Virus record (IMG/VR): IMGVR_UViG_3300003155_000004
Location: 1-43,252 of that record
Source of the DNA: a virus
DNA length: 43,252 nt
Direction: 5' to 3' (one strand)
Part shown: one piece after another, positions 25,225-32,188 of the stretch
Numbering within the stretch: the stretch's first letter is position 1
Layout: each line of letters opens with the position of its first letter
Notes under the pieces: generated by a model
Told to the model about the DNA's origin: nothing
The model's database searches: none
The model's input: the letters and a program-made list of their open reading frames with translations, nothing else
Translations under genes and position numbers: made by a program

Positions 25225-25257
25225 CCCCGGGGCTATTGCTCCGGGGATTTTTTTATT
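25225..25257. terminator. terminator shared by the convergent endolysin and minus-strand operon
   Basis: 9-bp stem CCCCGGGGC-TATT-GCTCCGGGG followed by ATTTTTTTATT. It overlaps the 3' end of the minus-strand ORF. Confidence 0.8.
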
Positions 25258-25418
25258 GTCAATATTCCATTTTTACAATCGAGGATTACGGATCTGTCCT
25301 CTTCTGTGACTCCCAGTTCTCGAATCATGTCTGCCGGGATTGAGACACGGTAGTTTTTGGTATTTGCGCCGGAATGTCCACCAGCTTTGTTAATCATTAT
25401 ATTGCGTTTTACTTGCAT
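25233..25418 (-). CDS. AbrB/SpoVT/MazE-fold DNA-binding protein (moron operon gene 3)
   Basis: YRVSIPADMIRELGVTEEDRSVILDCKNGILTIKK is the swapped-hairpin AbrB-type pattern. The ATG lies 1 nt after the upstream stop, with RBS GAGGAGGG inside the upstream gene. Confidence 0.75.
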   Translation of the reverse strand: MQVKRNIMINKAGGHSGANTKNYRVSIPADMIRELGVTEEDRSVILDCKNGILTIKKSPEQ

Positions 25419-25419
25419 A

Positions 25420-25752
25420 TCAGCCCTCCTCTATCTCTCTACTGCAATAATTCATATACCTCATATACAAGTCCGCAAGATCGTCAAAGTCGCCTTCGCT
25501 TGTCAATAAATATGTCCCGTATTCACCAAAGCCGTGGTTTTCTGTAATTTCGTAGCAAAATGCTTTTCCTACATTCTTGCTGTCGTAGACATATTTTGTC
25601 ACGAAAACATCTGTTGTGATATACGGAACCTTAATTTGTTCCTCTCTAATTTTCGTGAGCACAATTCCGTTTTTCTCAGCAGCTTCTTCTGCGGTTCGCT
25701 CTCCGATTATTGTGTCTTTCACATAATTCCCGTTGTAATTAAAATCTTCCAT
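25420..25752 (-). CDS. acidic protein of unknown function (moron operon gene 2)
   Basis: ATG 4 nt after AAGGAGGA (MEDFNYNGNYVKD...). 110 aa. No recognisable motif. Confidence 0.7.
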   Translation of the reverse strand: MEDFNYNGNYVKDTIIGERTAEEAAEKNGIVLTKIREEQIKVPYITTDVFVTKYVYDSKNVGKAFCYEITENHGFGEYGTYLLTSEGDFDDLADLYMRYMNYCSREIEEG

Positions 25753-25853
25753 TTCATCCTCCTTGTTAAATTTCACATTGCGTATTGCTTGCATTGTATG
25801 CCATCCTGATATATAATCATATATGCGGCGCGCAGTAGATCCATAGTGGAATG

Positions 25854-25873
25854 TAGATATAATATTGTATCTA
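25854..25873. promoter_or_regulatory. 20-bp near-perfect palindrome TAGATATAAT.ATTGTATCTA (candidate operator)
   Basis: Symmetric at 9 of 10 positions. It lies between operon genes 1 and 2, inside a GCGGCGC...GCGCCGC long-range stem. Confidence 0.45.
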
Positions 25874-25886
25874 TAAAAAGCGCCGC

Positions 25887-26273
25887 TTATCTAATGATTA
25901 TATCTTCGAATCTTTTTTCAAACTCCTCTTTCATGTGATTAAATCTCGTTCCGCTCATGTTGAGAACAAGAACATCAGTTACATAATTATAATATATCTG
26001 AGTTCTCCTGTACGCTTTTGGGTTATCAAACCCGAAAACATCAGCTATACGTTCCACGTCATTAATATAGATCCTATCCTGTGCAACAGAACCATCTTCA
26101 TTTTTCTTAGTCCACCTTTTTCCACCGTTTTCCATCAAAAAATCTTCTAACGCTTTTGTCATTTCTTTCGCTTCCTTCCACGCTTTTTTGAGTCCAGCGG
26201 AAATTGTCATACCCGCTTTTTTAACAAGCTCCCATGCTCTTTTCATGATGTTTGATAAGTTGTATTTTTTCAT
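25887..26273 (-). CDS. protein of unknown function (moron operon gene 1)
   Basis: ATG 7 nt after AAGGAGGA (MKKYNLSNIMKRAWELVKKAG...). 128 aa. The helical N-terminus has a KRAWE...KKAWKEAK pattern. Confidence 0.7.
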   Translation of the reverse strand: MKKYNLSNIMKRAWELVKKAGMTISAGLKKAWKEAKEMTKALEDFLMENGGKRWTKKNEDGSVAQDRIYINDVERIADVFGFDNPKAYRRTQIYYNYVTDVLVLNMSGTRFNHMKEEFEKRFEDIIIR

Positions 26274-26311
26274 TTCCGTGTCCTCCTTGTTTATTTCCTT
26301 TCTGTGATTAT

Positions 26312-26340
26312 ATAATAACATACTGGACACCAGTAGTCAA
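26312..26340 (-). promoter_or_regulatory. sigma-70-type promoter TTGACT-17 nt-TATTAT for the moron operon
   Basis: On the minus strand the -35 is at 26340..26335 and the -10 at 26317..26312, about 40 nt upstream of the gene 1 ATG. Confidence 0.65.
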
Positions 26341-26354
26341 GAGGAAAATGAAAG

Positions 26355-26387
26355 AAATTTAAAAATCCCGGAGCCATCAACTCCGGG
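26355..26387 (-). terminator. minus-strand rho-independent terminator downstream of attP core
   Basis: CCCGGAG-TTGATGG-CTCCGGG (7 bp) followed by ATTTTTAAATTT on the minus strand. Confidence 0.7.
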
Positions 26388-26419
26388 GTGGGATATTGTA
26401 TCATCTTCATGTTTTTATG

Positions 26420-26665
26420 TTGCATCGTATTGCATTTCATATTGCATTGTGTTGCATAATGTTATAAAAATTCTAATATTTGAGAATTATTATTAAATAA
26501 CTAAAATCAAGAAAACCGCGTATTTACGGGATTTATCGGCATTTCCCATAAACTCACGGTTTCTTAAAATACTGGAGTATACGGGATTCGAACAGACTCA
26601 CTAAACCGCTATAAACCGCGTATTTAGTGGGTTTGTGAAATTCCGTTTTGCATTTCATATTGCAT
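26420..26665. other. attP region (core plus arm-type repeats)
   Basis: AT-rich and adjacent to the integrase 3' end. TTGCAT occurs six times (26420, 26430, 26442, 26452, 26648, 26660). AAACCGCGTATTTA occurs twice, exactly 100 bp apart (26513, 26613), flanking the tRNA-like core. Confidence 0.7.
26573..26593 (-). other. tRNA 3'-end mimic (putative attP core)
   Basis: The minus strand reads GTTCGAATCCCGTATACTCCA: T-loop TTCGAAT, T-stem 3' half, a 7-nt acceptor 3' strand and a discriminator. The 5' T-stem partner is absent, so this is only a gene fragment. Confidence 0.65.
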
Positions 26666-27712
26666 ATCGTTCTGTAATTCTGAGAAGTGAGCCATAATCT
26701 GTTTATTAAATTTGGCAGCTTCGTCAGATATTTCCCCGAAATATACCCTCTTCATAACATTGTCCGTTGCCCAGCCTCCCCGCGCCATTATGTATTGATC
26801 CGGTATGTTCATAGCATGGAGAATGGAAGCGCAGTAGTGGCGCAGGTCATGAAAGCGAAAGTGCGGCAGTCCGGAAAAGCGGATCGCCCTGTTGAAACGG
26901 CTTGATATTTGCCCGGGAGTAGCCTTAACGATTTCACCTTTGATACCGCTGATCCGCGCAATTACAAAGTCTGGCATAACGATGATCCGGTTACTAGAGT
27001 CTGTCTTGGGAGAATGTTTCAGTACCCATTTATTATTCCTATCCAGAACATATACTTTGTTTACCGATACTGTATTCCCGATAATGTCCTGATCAGTCAG
27101 CGCGCAGATCTCTCCGCGCCGCATCGGCCCGAATGCTGCAAGCAGAATCGCTATCTCAAGCTCCTTCCCCTGTACGTGCTGGAGCAGGCGCTTCACGTCC
27201 GCATCTGACGGAGTATACAGCTTTTTTCTTTGATTCTGTGGCAGAGACACAGAAAAGTGCGCTCCCGGTATGAACATATCCAATGTGGCAGAGATCAGGC
27301 CGTAAATATTCCGTACAGTCTTTGGCGTCCGTCCGACAGAGAGCTTTTGGATCCAGAGCTGCAGATCTTCCGAAGTGAGATCCCTCAGTTCAATCTGGCT
27401 GATATCGTCGAGGTAATTCCGCAGGATGCTCTGGTATCCCCGGATTGTTGCCGGTGATAGAACTCCGTCCTTGGAATCAATATACTTTTGCACTGCCTCG
27501 ATTACTTTGATCCGATCCGGTCGTTTCATCCGGTTCTTTTCGTGGGCAAACAACGCTGCCTGTGCCTGCACAGCCTTTTTGTCATATCCGGTAAATGATT
27601 CATATACGCGGTGTTCATCCCACGCTTTTTTATCAGGATTCCAAGTCCGTTCAGTGTGGCTGTACACCTGACAATGCCATGATCCGGATGGGAGCTTTTT
27701 GACTTTTGGCAT
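26624..27712 (-). CDS. int: tyrosine recombinase integrase
   Basis: ATG 8 nt after AAGGAGA (MPKVKKLPSGSW...). Catalytic pattern: MRRGEICAL (R), FRFHDLRHYCAS (H-x-x-R ... H), GGWATDNVMKRVYF (Y). Confidence 0.92.
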   Translation of the reverse strand: MPKVKKLPSGSWHCQVYSHTERTWNPDKKAWDEHRVYESFTGYDKKAVQAQAALFAHEKNRMKRPDRIKVIEAVQKYIDSKDGVLSPATIRGYQSILRNYLDDISQIELRDLTSEDLQLWIQKLSVGRTPKTVRNIYGLISATLDMFIPGAHFSVSLPQNQRKKLYTPSDADVKRLLQHVQGKELEIAILLAAFGPMRRGEICALTDQDIIGNTVSVNKVYVLDRNNKWVLKHSPKTDSSNRIIVMPDFVIARISGIKGEIVKATPGQISSRFNRAIRFSGLPHFRFHDLRHYCASILHAMNIPDQYIMARGGWATDNVMKRVYFGEISDEAAKFNKQIMAHFSELQNDMQYEMQNGISQTH

Positions 27713-27844
27713 GGTAATCATCTCCTTTATGGTATAAAAATGACAGCCAGACAATGAACGGATGTTCTGGATTGTGTGGCTGCCCCGAAGATGATACAAT
27801 ATTCTTGGAACGTACTGTAGTATCTTCGGAGCTATGGTCTATCG

Positions 27845-27878
27845 CCGCTCTGGTGTTGGCGCACCGGGGCGGTTTTTT
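27845..27878 (+). terminator. plus-strand rho-independent terminator between two minus-strand genes
   Basis: 11-bp stem CCGCTCTGGTG-TTGGCG-CACCGGGGCGG (two G.U pairs, so it is stable only on the + strand) followed by TTTTTT. Confidence 0.65.
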
Positions 27879-27880
27879 AA

Positions 27881-28234
27881 TTATGCTGTTTTATTGCCTT
27901 TGATAAGTGATACAATAGCTAATACAGCGCAGATCAAGCACCATGTTGCCCAGATATAGAGATCTCCATAACTTCCAGCCATTGTATAGCCACAAAGCGC
28001 ACCGATTCCGAATAGCACGATCAAAGCGATATTTCCGCCTTTTCCACCTTTGCGGGTAGCTATTGAAACAATGCCGCCTGCCAGAAGCATAATAGCAACA
28101 ATGATGCCGGCAGATCCGCCAACTTCCCCATTGGCTTCAAGTGTGTTTGCAACACCGGCTGCGCAGGACTGGAATGTTACGAAAACAAACAGTACGATTG
28201 ATAAAATTCCGGATACGAGTTTCCAAGTTTTCAT
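27881..28234 (-). CDS. polytopic membrane protein in the lysogeny module (candidate superinfection exclusion)
   Basis: ATG after AGAGGAA (MKTWKLVSGILSIVLFVFV...). 117 aa with about four hydrophobic helices. Confidence 0.75.
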   Translation of the reverse strand: MKTWKLVSGILSIVLFVFVTFQSCAAGVANTLEANGEVGGSAGIIVAIMLLAGGIVSIATRKGGKGGNIALIVLFGIGALCGYTMAGSYGDLYIWATWCLICAVLAIVSLIKGNKTA

Positions 28235-28306
28235 TTTTCTATTCCTCTCTTTCCTCTTTTTGTTCCTTGAACACCACATATATGTTATCACGCACCTGTG
28301 TAATAA

Positions 28307-29032
28307 CTAAAAATCATACAACCATTTTAGATGCTGACGCTGCAATATACAGTCGTTGTCATCATAATATCCACCAATATATTGATACTGTTCTTTTGGA
28401 GCTGGCGGAAGAGAGCATATCTTGCAATGGCTTTCCATCGAATTATATAGAACTCTACCGCAGAAGCAGCAGTTCTGCTTACTCCAAACAAAACATTTCT
28501 GATCTTTATTGTAAAAATGTGCGTACATTGCTTTGTCAGCAGCAGACATCTTATACATCACTACATTCCGGTGCCAGCGCCGGTAATCTATAAAGGCGTT
28601 GTCAGCGGCCTCGAAGGACATATCAAATAATCTTGCCACGTCATTCGCATTTTTGCATCTGGAATAGTGGATTGCCATCCGTGGAGCCAGTATGTGACTG
28701 GCAAAAGCATTTGCCTCTTTTTCGTTCTGATCAGATACCCCATTGTGCCCCAGAACATGATGCCCCAGTTCATGCATCAGTGAAAACCGGATACGCCCAT
28801 GAGGGCGATCGGGATTGTACGCTACGATCTTCGACGCACCTGCTCGGAAAGCATCCTCAGAGTACCCAAGACTCAGACTATACAATTCTGGGTTCCGGTC
28901 ACGTAATTCCTTATAGGAAAAAAGCCGGTACCCGTAATGCTTGAGTAAATCCTCACAGTCGATCGGAAACGAATGGACACCACATTTCCGGAACACTTCA
29001 ATGGTTGCAGTAACAATTTTGTTGTAATCCAA
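28307..29032 (-). CDS. ImmA/IrrE-family zinc metallopeptidase (anti-repressor protease) with a C-terminal Cys-rich region
   Basis: HELGHHVLGH HEXXH motif, located directly downstream of the XRE repressor. Confidence 0.88.
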   Translation of the reverse strand: MDYNKIVTATIEVFRKCGVHSFPIDCEDLLKHYGYRLFSYKELRDRNPELYSLSLGYSEDAFRAGASKIVAYNPDRPHGRIRFSLMHELGHHVLGHNGVSDQNEKEANAFASHILAPRMAIHYSRCKNANDVARLFDMSFEAADNAFIDYRRWHRNVVMYKMSAADKAMYAHFYNKDQKCFVWSKQNCCFCGRVLYNSMESHCKICSLPPAPKEQYQYIGGYYDDNDCILQRQHLKWLYDF

Positions 29033-29048
29033 ATAAATCAGTCCTCTA

Positions 29049-29381
29049 CTAATCTATTTCGGACAAAAGTTTGATTAATCTCATTTTTTGCTCTGTCGAA
29101 AAGTCCTTCCCGTTACGAGCAATAAGCTGTTCTACATCCTCATATGACGGCTCAAAATTGCTTTGTATGACTGTTGTTTTTGTGGAGGAACCCAGTAAAT
29201 AGTTCATATCAACATTAAAAAAGTCAGCAATTTTTTCTAGTGTCTCAAAATCGGGTTCTCTATTTCCGTTTTCGTACATACTAACAGCACTACGCGAAAG
29301 TCCGAGGGCTTCAGCCAAACCATCTTGAGTGTATCCAGCTTTTATTCGTAAATTTTTAAATACATTTTTGAAGTCTCCCAT
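29049..29381 (-). CDS. XRE-family HTH repressor (CI-like)
   Basis: LRIKAGYTQDGLAEALGLSRSAVSMYENGNREP HTH. Divergent from the Cro-like gene across an operator-rich region. Confidence 0.9.
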   Translation of the reverse strand: MGDFKNVFKNLRIKAGYTQDGLAEALGLSRSAVSMYENGNREPDFETLEKIADFFNVDMNYLLGSSTKTTVIQSNFEPSYEDVEQLIARNGKDFSTEQKMRLIKLLSEID

Positions 29382-29406
29382 TTCGCACCTCCGTATTCAT
29401 ATCTTA

Positions 29407-29520
29407 ACACGATACGTGAATAAAGTAAATGAAAAATGACACATAACGTGAAAAATCTATATAAAAAGTATTGACACGCTATGTGTAGTGTGGTATAACA
29501 TCTTTAGACACGAAATGTGA
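29407..29520. promoter_or_regulatory. immunity operators O1-O4, consensus ACAC-N5-GTG(A/T)
   Basis: ACACGATACGTGA at 29407..29419, ACACATAACGTGA at 29439..29451, ACACGCTATGTGT at 29474..29486, ACACGAAATGTGA at 29508..29520. Confidence 0.75.
29471..29499 (+). promoter_or_regulatory. early rightward promoter TTGACA-17 nt-TATAAC (TG-extended)
   Basis: -35 at 29471..29476, overlapping O3. -10 at 29494..29499, preceded by TGG. Confidence 0.7.
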
Positions 29521-29537
29521 CAAATAAATAATAGGAG

Positions 29538-29774
29538 GTGTACAATTTGAACAAAAATGCAATAGCTAATAGATTAGTTGAACTCCGTGGGAATCGTTCT
29601 CAGGAGGAAGTGGCAAAGGCTGTAAACATCAGCACTTCAGCGCTTTCCATGTATGAAAACGGAAGTAGAGTACCACGGGATGAAATTAAAATCAGATTAG
29701 CTGCTTTTTATGGCAAGTCGGTTCAGTTTATTTTTTTTAATAAAAATGACACGAAACGTGACGATACCATATAA
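29538..29774 (+). CDS. XRE-family HTH protein (Cro-like)
   Basis: RSQEEVAKAVNISTSALSMYENGSRVP HTH. RBS AGGAGG at 29533..29538. The likely true start is TTG at 29547. Confidence 0.85.
   Translation: MYNLNKNAIANRLVELRGNRSQEEVAKAVNISTSALSMYENGSRVPRDEIKIRLAAFYGKSVQFIFFNKNDTKRDDTI
29749..29761. promoter_or_regulatory. distal fifth operator copy ACACGAAACGTGA inside the cro 3' end
   Basis: Same ACAC-N5-GTGA motif and the same AAAAATGACAC left context as O2. Confidence 0.55.
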
Positions 29775-29891
29775 AACCAAACATTTGTTCGATAAAATTA
29801 CTATAGCATTTCCGTAACAGGAAATCAACTGGTAATTATCGTAACAGAATGTATGTCCGATAATACGGACTTTGAATGGGAGGAGGAAGAG

Positions 29892-30056
29892 GTGGAAAGT
29901 TATAAAATTGCAATAATCGTTGCAGTCTGGATATTGGGGGCAATATGTGTGTTGGCTATGAAAAAAATAGAACCCAAAAACAAGATATATCCTGTATGGG
30001 TTCTGTTTATATCATTGATATTCACTGTCTTCACTATCTACGACTGGCTTAGTTGA
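29892..30056 (+). CDS. small two-TM hydrophobic protein
   Basis: GTG start 5 nt after GGAGGAGG. 54 aa (IAIIVAVWILGAICVLA..., VWVLFISLIFTVFTIY). Confidence 0.5.
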   Translation: MESYKIAIIVAVWILGAICVLAMKKIEPKNKIYPVWVLFISLIFTVFTIYDWLS

Positions 30057-30536
30057 TTCAAGATCATTGCTGAGGGCATTAGCTAATGCAGATACTTCGT
30101 TGCTGTAAGATATTCGCTCGGATTCAGATAGACCATCGCCGAAAAATGTTTGATCTATCTGTTCAAGAAAATAATCTAAATAACTTCTGGTCCCGTATGA
30201 ACAAAAAAGAAAAGCGGTATCAATGGCTGAATGTAGATTTTTGTATTTTTCGGTACTTTTCTTATTTGAAGCAAAAGTTCCGGCGCATCTCAGAACTTCA
30301 GAGTACGCGTTTTTCTTATCAGCATAGTAAATGTCTGCTTGACGGATTATTGCCTGTTGCTTTAAATTAAGCTCTTTTATCTGACGGTCATGATCGAGTT
30401 CTATTTTTCTCATTTTGGCTTGGTGAAGATTGTTGATTATGGCAACGGCGATAGGAGACAGAAACGAACTTACGGCAATAATAGCAGTGATTGTCCATGT
30501 GACATCAATTTTCAAGATTATCATTCCTTTCATCAT
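30012..30536 (-). CDS. N-terminally membrane-anchored protein of unknown function (candidate exclusion/abortive-infection factor)
   Basis: 174 aa. TM helix WTITAIIAVSSFLSPIAVAII followed by a helical soluble domain. TGGTATAAT extended -10 lies just upstream on the minus strand. AT-rich. Confidence 0.65.
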   Translation of the reverse strand: MMKGMIILKIDVTWTITAIIAVSSFLSPIAVAIINNLHQAKMRKIELDHDRQIKELNLKQQAIIRQADIYYADKKNAYSEVLRCAGTFASNKKSTEKYKNLHSAIDTAFLFCSYGTRSYLDYFLEQIDQTFFGDGLSESERISYSNEVSALANALSNDLESTKPVVDSEDSEYQ

Positions 30537-30580
30537 TTGATAGGAAGATTATACCAGATTTTAACAGGAGGTGGTACGAA

Positions 30581-30832
30581 ATGCCGAGATCAATGGTGAG
30601 AAATATTCCGGAAGAGCAGAACTGTATTTTCCGCGGATGCATCAAGAATCAGATGGAGATCAGGCGGACGAACGTTGCGGAAGTAGCCAGAAAAGCCGGT
30701 ATGAAGGAAAGCACATTGTACGCAAAGATCCGTGACCCGGCGAAGTTTACTCTGCGGGAACTCAGAGGGCTGTATAAGGCTCTGCAGATTCCGGACGAGG
30801 AGAAAGAACGACTTGCAAGGGAAGCGATGTAA
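30581..30832 (+). CDS. HTH DNA-binding early protein
   Basis: RBS AGGAGGTGG. Putative HTH: RRTNVAEVARKAGMKESTLYAKI. Confidence 0.7.
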   Translation: MPRSMVRNIPEEQNCIFRGCIKNQMEIRRTNVAEVARKAGMKESTLYAKIRDPAKFTLRELRGLYKALQIPDEEKERLAREAM

Positions 30833-30847
30833 GAAAGGGGTGAGAAC

Positions 30848-31066
30848 ATGAGTGATGTAAGGGAACTGATCCCGGAGCTGGATCTTATATCTGTTGAGCG
30901 GACAAGCCTGATGCCGGCCAAGGAGCCGAAGCGGGTTGATCCGGCGCCGATCAGGAAGAAGCGCAACAGAGCAATCCGCGGTATTGAGATTACGGCTGCA
31001 GTGTCGCTGGCACTGAATGTGATCCAGTCGGTGATCATATATGTGCTGCAGGCAGGACCGATCTGA
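30848..31066 (+). CDS. small protein with a C-terminal TM helix
   Basis: 72 aa. ITAAVSLALNVIQSVIIYVL. Confidence 0.6.
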   Translation: MSDVRELIPELDLISVERTSLMPAKEPKRVDPAPIRKKRNRAIRGIEITAAVSLALNVIQSVIIYVLQAGPI

Positions 31067-31072
31067 GAGGAG

Positions 31073-31345
31073 GTGAGGAAGGTGCAGAATTATACATTAT
31101 CAGAGCAGGACATCAAAGTATTAATCGGAGTTGCAGGAAACGCAATCTGCGAAGATGAAATATTTCCGCCTGAATTTGATGGGATCATTATGAAAATATC
31201 AGCAGGAATCGCAATGAGACTTTTAGATCATTTGTCCTGTGAAAATAAGTTTTCGAAAGAAACAATTGAGATGACAGAAAAGATTTTCGGGATCGTAGGA
31301 GGTGATCAGAATGGCAGCAAGAATCATGGGATATGCGGAATTTGA
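31073..31345 (+). CDS. hypothetical early protein
   Basis: GTG start; an alternative GTG at 31082 has better spacing from GAGGAGG. Confidence 0.55.
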   Translation: MRKVQNYTLSEQDIKVLIGVAGNAICEDEIFPPEFDGIIMKISAGIAMRLLDHLSCENKFSKETIEMTEKIFGIVGGDQNGSKNHGICGI

Positions 31346-31511
31346 GAGATATTACGAAGCCACGAAGAAAGAACTGGCGTATATGAAACCGGGAGATACG
31401 AAGCGAATCGCACTGATTGGCGCTGTAGAGGGTGCAGGCGGATGCGAGATAGCATTTACAGGTGCACAGCTCCGGAAGATCTTCGATCTTGGTTTCCCGG
31501 AAAAAGAATGA
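31311..31511 (+). CDS. hypothetical early protein
   Basis: ATG 5 nt after GGAGGTGA, in frame with ORF-track entry 31302. Confidence 0.55.
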   Translation: MAARIMGYAEFERYYEATKKELAYMKPGDTKRIALIGAVEGAGGCEIAFTGAQLRKIFDLGFPEKE

Positions 31512-31542
31512 GTACCCACATGAGCCGGTGAGCTCGGGTACT
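31509..31542 (+). other. intergenic stem-loop (no U tract)
   Basis: Outer 8-bp stem GAGTACCC...GGGTACTC, with an inner GAGC/GCTC stem. Confidence 0.5.
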
Positions 31543-31585
31543 CTGATAGATAACCAATTACATTCTAGCAGAAAGGCGGTAAAAA

Positions 31586-31951
31586 GTGAAGCAGAAAACA
31601 GTAAAAGTAACGACTGATAACAAGATCTCACTGATCGATGTTGATTTCAGTAACTTAAAAAGTATCCAACAGGCTATCGGCGGCTATTTCGAGACGGTCC
31701 GTACTCGGCTCATGGTGGACTACTTCCACGATCCATCCGTGATCATGCTGGTTGACGAAGAAGGGCTTATCAAGGGGCTTCCTGAGAATGTGTTAGGATG
31801 CGCCCTGTACGACACACTGCAGCATGGATGCCCGATCGTTGGGGACCTGATCTTCGCGCGGATTGACGGCGAGGACATTGTGGCGCCGGATGATCCGGAA
31901 GCGCTAAAAGACAAACTGTTACATACATTTATGGGATTACAGGAGGAATAG
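31586..31951 (+). CDS. DUF3846-like protein
   Basis: IGGYFETV...VDEEGLIKGLPEN...IVGDLIFAR pattern. Confidence 0.65.
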   Translation: MKQKTVKVTTDNKISLIDVDFSNLKSIQQAIGGYFETVRTRLMVDYFHDPSVIMLVDEEGLIKGLPENVLGCALYDTLQHGCPIVGDLIFARIDGEDIVAPDDPEALKDKLLHTFMGLQEE

Positions 31952-31954
31952 AGG

Positions 31955-32188
31955 ATGGCGAAAACAATCTATGAGCTTAAAGAAAACATCCTTACCCTTC
32001 CGAAGATCAAGGAAACGGATGTGTACCACACAGAGCTGAACCGGGTCAGTTGGTTTGGGAAAGAACCGAAGCTGGATATCCGGGGATGGTCAGATGACCA
32101 TGAAAAAATGACAAAAGGGATCAGCCTCACTGAGGATGAATTTATAAAAATCGCCCAGGCAGGGCTTGAAAAATTAGGAGGTAAATGA
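31955..32188 (+). CDS. PC4/YdbC-like ssDNA-binding protein
   Basis: ELNRVSWFGKEPKLDIRGWSDDHEKMTKGISLTEDEF matches the YdbC-type pattern. Confidence 0.7.
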   Translation: MAKTIYELKENILTLPKIKETDVYHTELNRVSWFGKEPKLDIRGWSDDHEKMTKGISLTEDEFIKIAQAGLEKLGGK

